From an uncultured bacterium (GTDB taxonomy: Bacteria; Babelota; Babeliae; Babelales; Babelaceae), in assembly GCA_963713855.1 (NCBI GenBank), contig OY970209.1, forward strand, positions 480,001 through 544,000: DNA of 64,000 nt. The letters run 5' to 3'. Below are positions 57,801 through 64,000 of the stretch, piece by piece. Position 1 is the stretch's first letter. The number at the start of each line of letters is the position of its first letter. Below the pieces are notes generated by a model, which saw nothing but the letters and a program-made list of their open reading frames with translations, ran no database searches and was not told the origin of the DNA. The translations under genes were made by a program, and so were the position numbers.

Positions 57801-58353
57801 GGACTTATTCTCCTATTTTATAATCCTTGTGCAAAGGCCAATCAAAATAGGAGATTTAATAGCTCTTGACGATAACGTAACAGGGGTAGTGCGTCATATT
57901 ACGCCGCGCTCGGTGGTCTTGCGAAGAAAAAATAGTGTGACAATTATGGTTCCTAACTCGCACATTGTCACAAGGCCTTTAGTAAACTGGAACTATTCCC
58001 CTAATTTCTTTGCGATGAACGATATGCTCATTACTATTCCGTATACCTGTGACCCGGATAAAGTACGCCTTCTTATTGTAAAGATTGTTGATAACAATAT
58101 TAATATCTTGAAAACCCCCGCACCCTTGATACTTCTTCACGATTTTGTTGATAACGGTTTTCAATTTATGATTAGAGCGTACCTTACAGGTGAAAAGGTG
58201 TTAGAGCAGTGGGAAATAGCTTCTAATTTGCGCCTTGATATTATTAGAACATTACGCGTTAATGGCATTCAAGTTGCTATGCCGACGCGTATTTTGCGCG
58301 TATTACCTGAAGAGAGTTGCACGTTGCCTAAAAATGAAAAAAGGGAAGAGTAG
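54823..58353 (+). CDS. Large MscS-family mechanosensitive channel with long periplasmic coiled coil (MscK-like)
   Basis: Signal peptide, about 500-aa coiled coil, many TM helices, RPIKIGD.I, G.V..I..RS, VPNS, NW. Confidence 0.9.
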   Translation: MKFVKFLLCFFSLLAFRVDAQQVSSQLSLSSIEKQLSVLQKEKEEASAIQRTQDLPARANEQRSLRAKFAKASPQDQEFLNKKISLVAQDYQILTEIERVWQQYKTILDEHIKILQEYKNDPEFSKLKVPAKAAYGFEEFEELGRRLFSIRTRLADLEKSRAAAYDDLSKRKKSRAMLEEEYQEKVRQQEDFARAESTEGQTHVQNAELIDLQKRLLNDKRILAEVKTKEAEQRISYLDSQTTIARAQRARVNEDYEAIKRALYVDASYVKKAESELERKRHESAAIREQLHDDIKSSSFAKEEMHKKVTEAAERLGINPAGLPNIGDWDKTPSNVQEWNVLCLLGYLALQESVIDLGREYKEALVELEKAKLRGDEVTVAIIRSWHALTKSRLGFSAHALQQEIKFYEAPKAEIQGDLAVLNERRARALTLMQELNSLLERIKKLSASLKMNEIDFKENASQFEVCTHRMHEAEDQVRTRMYLTAKLIETYSTTIALLEGTNKRIETVVNELGTKSFWGRSALSITWTELKNFFPDIKRFTYDVIAGMTLTAKNFSMSNVYSWLFKNRSAPSILLFFLRILLALLLYLALRMYIPVARDYFSLPGEGHLLKTSIRLWASFILNFINRHSLSLFLWLLGFILVYYELAGNAYWSISFYLASIPFMLYIVYAFFADFKATNRRFHYGLLSETYESRFIVVVSLLSYITVVLFFFRAAFIAANYHASAVPAILLALNFIVFQLALMSLISKEWILQLIPRNTPLWEWIYDNVSHYYYILWLFMIAIIIMSNPYVGYGRQVLYVLARLVIIGSFIPLFSYLYTRIRRVSSNLFFYYGSGENLVERFKSARTWYGFFVVLMFCAFVILGLIVGARVIGYHVDFRDILSWLKYELYSPGFDDVGRRIAVTPLAFLKVIVFFLAGLVAAYVINNLILRRIFDPLLVSSGIQNTVFTFSRYAITFIALLIGFKTVGLQSFAMQLLLPLGALALALKDPVLDLFSYFIILVQRPIKIGDLIALDDNVTGVVRHITPRSVVLRRKNSVTIMVPNSHIVTRPLVNWNYSPNFFAMNDMLITIPYTCDPDKVRLLIVKIVDNNINILKTPAPLILLHDFVDNGFQFMIRAYLTGEKVLEQWEIASNLRLDIIRTLRVNGIQVAMPTRILRVLPEESCTLPKNEKREE

Positions 58354-58363
58354 AGCTCTTCCC

Positions 58364-58588
58364 TCATTGAGTTTTTGATGAGTGGTCTTTGTGCAGATAG
58401 TGCTTCATTTTAGCATAGAAGCCACTTATATACATGCCATATATAATGGATGAAAGCGCTACTACTCCTAAGAAGAATGAGAGTCCTTGTTCAATAAGCC
58501 CTAAGGTATGCAGAAGAAGAGCGATTCCAGCGACCATAATTAAAGTGCCACGTAGTACGTGAACATTGTTAACATTTTCGAGTGCCAT
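58364..58588 (-). CDS. Small two-TM membrane protein
   Basis: AAGGAA RBS; LRG-TM-LG.I..G-TM-SGF pattern shared with neighbour. Confidence 0.7.
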   Translation of the reverse strand: MALENVNNVHVLRGTLIMVAGIALLLHTLGLIEQGLSFFLGVVALSSIIYGMYISGFYAKMKHYLHKDHSSKTQ

Positions 58589-58619
58589 ATGCAGTTCCTT
58601 TATTTATACAATTTGTTTG

Positions 58620-58826
58620 TTATGAGCTTGGTGTGCGACTACGAAGGAGCGCGCGATGAAAACCTGCTTCAATGAATCCACTCACTATAAGCAACAAGGA
58701 AATAAGTATAAGAATAGTAGATCCTATTCTCTGAATGAACCCAAGGATATAAAGTACGAGGATAATTCCAAGGATAATAAAGAAGATCCCTCGCAATTTT
58801 TGGGCATGTATTTCGTTATACACCAT
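58620..58826 (-). CDS. Small two-TM membrane protein (paralog of neighbour)
   Basis: AAGGAG RBS; LRG-TM-LGFI..G-TM-AGF. Confidence 0.7.
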   Translation of the reverse strand: MVYNEIHAQKLRGIFFIILGIILVLYILGFIQRIGSTILILISLLLIVSGFIEAGFHRALLRSRTPSS

Positions 58827-59096
58827 TAGTAACGCTCCTTAAAAAATAGGTTTAAACATTTTGCAGTATATGACTTTTGCTCAGCCGGCGCAACTCTAGC
58901 TTGTTTTCCAGGTGAAAATGGCCTTAAAAAGCTATTGATAGGTGTGTATGAGGTTACCAATTTAAAAGGCATTATTTTAAGCTTGTACGGGTTTTCTGCC
59001 AATGATTTTTAAGATGGCGATTCTTGTGCTATACTAAGTGCACTGTTCTAACTGCTCAATTATAAAAGGTTATTCGTTTTCAGGGGGGATTCGCTC

Positions 59097-59894
59097 ATGA
59101 AAAAGCCTGTTGGCTTATTATTTGTTTTTTTTATTGCTATGGGTTTGAATGCTCGTGTAAGAGTGCTTCCAGAAGCGGTAAAATCGGAGGTTGTAAAAGC
59201 TTTTCTTTCGAGAAAGGCAGCTGTTCCTACACATAAAACTAAGCTTTTGCTGATACGACACGGGCAGACTAATGAGAATGCTCTTCGTATCGTACAGGGC
59301 CACCTCGATGTCCCTTTAAGCGAGGTGGGGATTGAAGAGGCTTCAGCGATTGCGCGAACCATAAAACAAGTTTATCCGGCTACAGCAGCTATTTATAGCT
59401 CAGATTTAAAACGAGCTTATCATACTGCTCAAGTCATTGGAAAAGCTCTTGATAAAAAGGTCAAAACAAGCACTGACTTGCGCGAATTACGATGTGGTCT
59501 AGTAGAGGGGCTGTCGCGCGATCTTCGTAAAGCGCTTTATGGTGAATGGAAAGACAAGCTCGATAAGCTCCATCCTTCACCGTATACACGCTGGCACTTT
59601 CCAGACTGGCCCTCGGGAGAAACAAAGTTTGACCTCCTTAAGCGCGTTAGAGGTGTTTTAGAACAGATAGCACAACGTCACAAGGGACAACTAATAGTAA
59701 TTGTTACTCATTCGGGTGTTATAGATACGCTAATAATGAGCTTAAAAAACCCGCATTACCCTATTCCTAACTGCAGTATCTCCCATTTTTGGTACGACCA
59801 CTCTCGATCGGAAAATCCTTTGACATTTGTCAAAATGGAGGAATATTCGGGCAAAGAAGTCTATCCAGAAGCAAATGCTCCTTCACATCTGTAA
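59097..59894 (+). CDS. Histidine phosphatase family protein with signal peptide
   Basis: LIRHGQT..N, IYSSDLKRA..TA, LRE...G..EG, GE, IVTHSGVI. Confidence 0.9.
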   Translation: MKKPVGLLFVFFIAMGLNARVRVLPEAVKSEVVKAFLSRKAAVPTHKTKLLLIRHGQTNENALRIVQGHLDVPLSEVGIEEASAIARTIKQVYPATAAIYSSDLKRAYHTAQVIGKALDKKVKTSTDLRELRCGLVEGLSRDLRKALYGEWKDKLDKLHPSPYTRWHFPDWPSGETKFDLLKRVRGVLEQIAQRHKGQLIVIVTHSGVIDTLIMSLKNPHYPIPNCSISHFWYDHSRSENPLTFVKMEEYSGKEVYPEANAPSHL

Positions 59895-59901
59895 TATCCA
59901 A

Positions 59902-61098
59902 TTACGTCGTGCAAGCAGCTACTTTTAGAACCACTTGGCTAAGCGTTGGTATAATTGTTTTGAGGTCTTTTGTAGTTTGAAGTCCTAGTTCGCAAGCTAT
60001 AGCAGGTACGGCGATGCCCAAGAGAGGTTTAAAAGGAAGTCCCATGGTGGCCCTCATAGAAAGCCCCCCACTACTATCGTTTTTAGTAAGAATACTGAAT
60101 AAGTTTGCTAATTTCTTATTTGAAGCGTAATAGGGAAGGTATGCTTGTTGCTCACTTCTGAAAGCTAAATCCTTACCTGATTTATGATACGCGTCCTGAA
60201 CGGGATTGAGTGAAAAGTAGTACACGTCAAGAGTGCGCTGAGGTAATGGCTGATAAAAGCAATGGATGCTAATAAGAACGTCTGCTGCGTAGCGATTTGC
60301 AAAAGATGCTCCTTGAAGATCATCCATGCCTGTTCCAGGAGTTTTTGCTAGCAGTACTCGGCACCCCGGCAATGCTTCTTGTATACTTTTTACTACCCCT
60401 TCCGCGCACTGCAAAGCGAGGCCTCTTTCAAAGCTATCCCCAATGGACCTTCCCACTTTTTGAGCATCGCCTGCCGCGCTGATCATGATAGTAAGTGGCT
60501 TTTTGGACGGGCATGTCAACTCTGCTTTTTCGATTTGAGGCTTTAAGTCAAGTGAAAATCCCTGTAAGGGCCAACTTTGTGAAAAATCTAAGTGGGTATC
60601 TTGAAGCGGGAGGTGGTCGACCAAAAAGCGAACATTTTGTATGGGAATACGTGCCGCTATCAACGTTTGCAAGAATGATTCTATAAGTTGGTATTTATCG
60701 TAGGTAGAGCTTTCTGACTCAAGCGGGCTTCTGTTAAGCGACATAAACAGTTCCTGTTTATGTTCTGATATCGTTGCGGATTGGACGTCTATAGGCTTTT
60801 GAAGAATATCTTCTTCGTCTAAAAGATTGAGCCAATGCGCCATTATACATGCCGCATTTAAAGCAGTATCCGATGTCCATGGGATTTCATCAGCTTCCTG
60901 CTTTAGTTGATCTTTGTGCCAGTATGATAATACGATCCTTTTTTTCTCAATGATGGGATTGTGTGGTACTGGCGTCGCGCTAAATCCTGGAGCGCTTATA
61001 CGTATGCTTATAAGCTCATTATATAAGCAACATAAGAGTATTCCGCTCATACTTGCTATCACCGTTATGACTATAAGGTATACGTTTTCAATTTTCAT
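59902..61098 (-). CDS. Membrane-anchored GerMN-like plus amidase_3-like protein (degenerate active site)
   Basis: N-terminal TM; C-domain IMISAAGDA...GR..GDSFER, AN...AD..ISIH, PAIACELG. Confidence 0.65.
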   Translation of the reverse strand: MKIENVYLIVITVIASMSGILLCCLYNELISIRISAPGFSATPVPHNPIIEKKRIVLSYWHKDQLKQEADEIPWTSDTALNAACIMAHWLNLLDEEDILQKPIDVQSATISEHKQELFMSLNRSPLESESSTYDKYQLIESFLQTLIAARIPIQNVRFLVDHLPLQDTHLDFSQSWPLQGFSLDLKPQIEKAELTCPSKKPLTIMISAAGDAQKVGRSIGDSFERGLALQCAEGVVKSIQEALPGCRVLLAKTPGTGMDDLQGASFANRYAADVLISIHCFYQPLPQRTLDVYYFSLNPVQDAYHKSGKDLAFRSEQQAYLPYYASNKKLANLFSILTKNDSSGGLSMRATMGLPFKPLLGIAVPAIACELGLQTTKDLKTIIPTLSQVVLKVAACTT

Positions 61099-63265
61099 GA
61101 GTGTCGTTAAGAAAACTACTGAGAAAGGTTAACCGCTTGATGCTTTTGTTATTTTTAAGGCCAATAGCAAGCGCTTTAGGCTGTCCAATAAAAACACAAT
61201 ACGATTTTGCCCTCGTAAGCGCTGTATAAATGAGGTTTCGTTGCAAGAGCGTAAAGTGCTGAGTAAAAATGGGAACAATAACGGCTGGATATTCAGATCC
61301 TTGGCTCTTATGAATAGTTACCGCATAAGCCAATACAAGTTCGCAAAGCTCGCCACTATCATAAGACAGAACTCGCTCATTGAATGCAACATGCACTATC
61401 TTGTCTTCGGCCTCAATACGATCAATTGTTCCTATATCGCCGTTAAATACGAATTTGTCGTAGTTGTTGCGAATCTGCATAACGCGATCACCTGTTTTAA
61501 AAGACACCCCATTAGCTATGAGCTGGCTCTGGCTATTTCCATTTAAAAGTGCCTGCAAATGATCATTAAGAACCTGTGTGCCGGCAGTTCCGCGGTTCAT
61601 AGGTGTAAGAACGATAGCATCTGAAGGGCTCATACCACGCTTTGGTATATCTGCAAATAGTATTTTTTTAAGATGATTGACGAGATTAGCAGGGTCTTCC
61701 TCTTTTATAAAGCTAAAGTCTTGGCGGCATTCTGGCACAAAAGTGACGGGAAATTCTCCTCTGTTAACGCGGTGTGCATTTGTGATAATGAGACTGTTTT
61801 GTGCTTGCCGAAACACTTCCTTCAGCCTAATGCACTGCACTGTCTTGCTTTCAATACAGTCATTGAGAAAATTACCAGCACCAACCGATGGTAATTGATC
61901 AACATCGCCGATCAAAAGCACGTGGGCCGCTAAGGGGACTGCTTTTAATAAGGCGTGGGCGATAAAAACGTCGATCATCGACGCTTCATCAATTATGAGA
62001 AATTGTAAGGAAAGTGCGTTTTTTTCATTGTGCTTAAAGTTAAGCGTTAATGGATCAAATTCAAGAAGCCTATGTATTGTTGCAGCCGACTTTCCCGTGC
62101 CTTCAGTGATTCGTTTGGCTGCTCTGCCGGTCGGAGCTGCAAGCTTATACGTGATGTGCTCGTTTTCAAGCAGCTGTAGAAGTTGCCTTATAAGAGTCGT
62201 TTTACCAGTTCCAGGGCCTCCAGTGATGATAGTTACTTTATGGCGTAGGCATGTAATAATGCCTTCTATCTGCTGATCGTTTAAGCGTATACTGTGTTGT
62301 GGCGGGTTAGTTAACCGTTCATAGGTCACTCTGCTATCAATGGTGAATGAGGGACCCTTTTTAATGAGTGCCTGTATCTTTTGAGCTATGCCTTGCTCAG
62401 CGTTAAAGCACCGTGTTGTCGTAATAAAGCACTTATCTTTATTGACGAGTTTAATTTTTCCTTGCTCGTAAAGAGTGCTTAATTGTTGCTTTAAAAGCTC
62501 GAGCATATCGGGAGTTTGCGTAAGGGACAGAAGTTCAAAGCATCTTTTTTTAAGTTCTTCTACTTCACTGTAAAGATGACCTTGTTGATTTCCTGTCAAA
62601 AGAGCAAAAAGGATGCCGGCGTGCATCCGCTGGGGGCAATTTGCTTGAAAACCGAGCTTTTGTGCAATCTCATCTGCTGTTTTAAAGCCTATTCCCCATA
62701 CTTCTTCAGCTAAGCGGTAAGGATTTTGAAGAAGATAGGGAATAGTATTATGTTTGTACTGTTTGTAGATTCGAGCTGCAAGTGCGGGGGAAATGCTTTT
62801 GTCTTGGAGAAAAACCATGATCTCAGCTATTTCTTTATGCTCTTGCCATCCTTTAGTAATCGTTTCTATGCGTTTTGTTGCAAGTCCGGAAACTTCCGAA
62901 AGTCGCTCTGGCTGCTTATCTATGATTTCGAGCGTTTTGAGCCCAAAGTAATTGACAAGCTTATCGGCGTATACTTTTCCGATTCCTTTAATGAGCCCTG
63001 AGCCTAAAAAACGCTTAAGGCCTGTAACGCTTGTTGGCAAGCTACCTTTACAGGAAGAAGCTTCAAACTGCCGTCCATATTTAGGATCAAGAATCCATTT
63101 ACCGGTCAGCTCCACTTCTTGACCAGCCTGCAAAGGGGGCAGCTTTCCTTTTACCGTCGCCGTTTTTTCATGCGGAAGTTCTAATACAAAAACGGCATAC
63201 CCGCTTTCAAGATCTTGAAAGAGAAAACGATTAATAGTGCCGCTTAGGCAATCAGCATCGTACAT
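61088..63265 (-). CDS. recD2: ATP-dependent RecD-like DNA helicase
   Basis: N-terminal OB/HhH region (IKGIG, NPY.L...WGIGF..AD), TGGPGTGKTT, APTGRAA, IIDEASM, GDVDQLPSVG, AYAVTIHKSQGSEY, YTALTRA. Confidence 0.96.
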   Translation of the reverse strand: MYDADCLSGTINRFLFQDLESGYAVFVLELPHEKTATVKGKLPPLQAGQEVELTGKWILDPKYGRQFEASSCKGSLPTSVTGLKRFLGSGLIKGIGKVYADKLVNYFGLKTLEIIDKQPERLSEVSGLATKRIETITKGWQEHKEIAEIMVFLQDKSISPALAARIYKQYKHNTIPYLLQNPYRLAEEVWGIGFKTADEIAQKLGFQANCPQRMHAGILFALLTGNQQGHLYSEVEELKKRCFELLSLTQTPDMLELLKQQLSTLYEQGKIKLVNKDKCFITTTRCFNAEQGIAQKIQALIKKGPSFTIDSRVTYERLTNPPQHSIRLNDQQIEGIITCLRHKVTIITGGPGTGKTTLIRQLLQLLENEHITYKLAAPTGRAAKRITEGTGKSAATIHRLLEFDPLTLNFKHNEKNALSLQFLIIDEASMIDVFIAHALLKAVPLAAHVLLIGDVDQLPSVGAGNFLNDCIESKTVQCIRLKEVFRQAQNSLIITNAHRVNRGEFPVTFVPECRQDFSFIKEEDPANLVNHLKKILFADIPKRGMSPSDAIVLTPMNRGTAGTQVLNDHLQALLNGNSQSQLIANGVSFKTGDRVMQIRNNYDKFVFNGDIGTIDRIEAEDKIVHVAFNERVLSYDSGELCELVLAYAVTIHKSQGSEYPAVIVPIFTQHFTLLQRNLIYTALTRAKSYCVFIGQPKALAIGLKNNKSIKRLTFLSSFLNDTHEN

Positions 63266-63271
63266 GGTCTT

Positions 63272-63934
63272 TTAGAGCTCTTCTTTTTGTGCGGTAGGCG
63301 TCGTAGCAGATTGCGCTTTTTGTATGTCATCAAGTAGCTTTTGCGCGTACTTAGGGCTTACCGTGTGTAAAACGTCAATAAGCAGTGTAGCAAGATCCTC
63401 GACAAAAGTACCGACCAACTTAAAATTGGCAAAATTTTGCGCGATAAAAGTCTTTTCGGGTAAATCAAGCCAAGGTGTTAGCGTGTCTTTGCGTTGACGC
63501 TGTTCTGCCCATTTTGCTATGACCGGCTTAATGAACCCTTTTTTCTTTTTTATGCTTTCTTTAAAGGGGTCTATGAAGGGGTTAATATTTTCAATCGCCT
63601 TATTCAAAGCGTCCTTTAAGCGCTCATTTTCTTGCTTTCTTTGAAGCGGTGACATATTTTGTGCCTCTAGAGACTGCTCAATAGAAACCATTTGAGAAAG
63701 CGTATATTCCTTGTCATTGTAGATGATTATAGTTTGTTTATTATTTCGAGAGCCATTTTGAAGTTCTTTTAATTTACGAAACGTGGTTGTTATACCTTCT
63801 ATTGGTAAATCTTTAGCCTTTATTTTAAGCAAGTTATACTTAATTTCCATCGGTGTTTGACAGACTACTTTAACGGTTGTAATGAGGGGAAAAGCAAGCA
63901 AAAGTAAGATTGATATACGATGCATAATTTTCAT
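63272..63934 (-). CDS. Exported helical hypothetical protein
   Basis: AGGAG RBS, signal-like N-terminus, 220 aa. Confidence 0.7.
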   Translation of the reverse strand: MKIMHRISILLLLAFPLITTVKVVCQTPMEIKYNLLKIKAKDLPIEGITTTFRKLKELQNGSRNNKQTIIIYNDKEYTLSQMVSIEQSLEAQNMSPLQRKQENERLKDALNKAIENINPFIDPFKESIKKKKGFIKPVIAKWAEQRQRKDTLTPWLDLPEKTFIAQNFANFKLVGTFVEDLATLLIDVLHTVSPKYAQKLLDDIQKAQSATTPTAQKEEL

Positions 63935-64000
63935 AAAACTCCTAGAGTGTTTTTCAAATAACTATTCTTTAGTTTATGCGGAAGATCAAGGCTTGCCAAT

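Overview
Bacterial chromosomal window, AT-rich and gene-dense. The gene repertoire (many signal-peptide-bearing hypotheticals and enzymes, ankyrin-like and beta-propeller proteins, an SAAGDA-type amidase, a short type II secretion operon) suggests a host-associated bacterium such as Candidatus Dependentiae/Babelota (TM6); this is inference, not a database result. It contains housekeeping genes (gmd, glyA, efp, nusB, acpS, yifB/comM, radA, tdk, acs, alr, trmH, recD2, initiator tRNA-Met), a glycosyl/methyl/sulfotransferase cluster beside the tRNA (6.2-14.4 kb), gspFGHIJK followed by mlaD, and an accessory stretch (about 37.8-51.5 kb) with a ligase / umuDC / ku repair cluster, pseudogenes and secreted proteins. 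The most striking unexplained signal is a non-coding 277-304 bp element present three times in the same orientation (699-1002, 16608-16909, 24171-24447). It is built from near-perfect hairpins inside inverted terminal arms, shows compensatory substitutions, has one hairpin exactly flipped between copies and lacks another hairpin in one copy. The second signal is that all seven intact glycan-modifying enzymes carry N-terminal hydrophobic leaders and five of them end in polybasic tails. The third is a Ku plus ligase-only NHEJ pair with umuDC between them.
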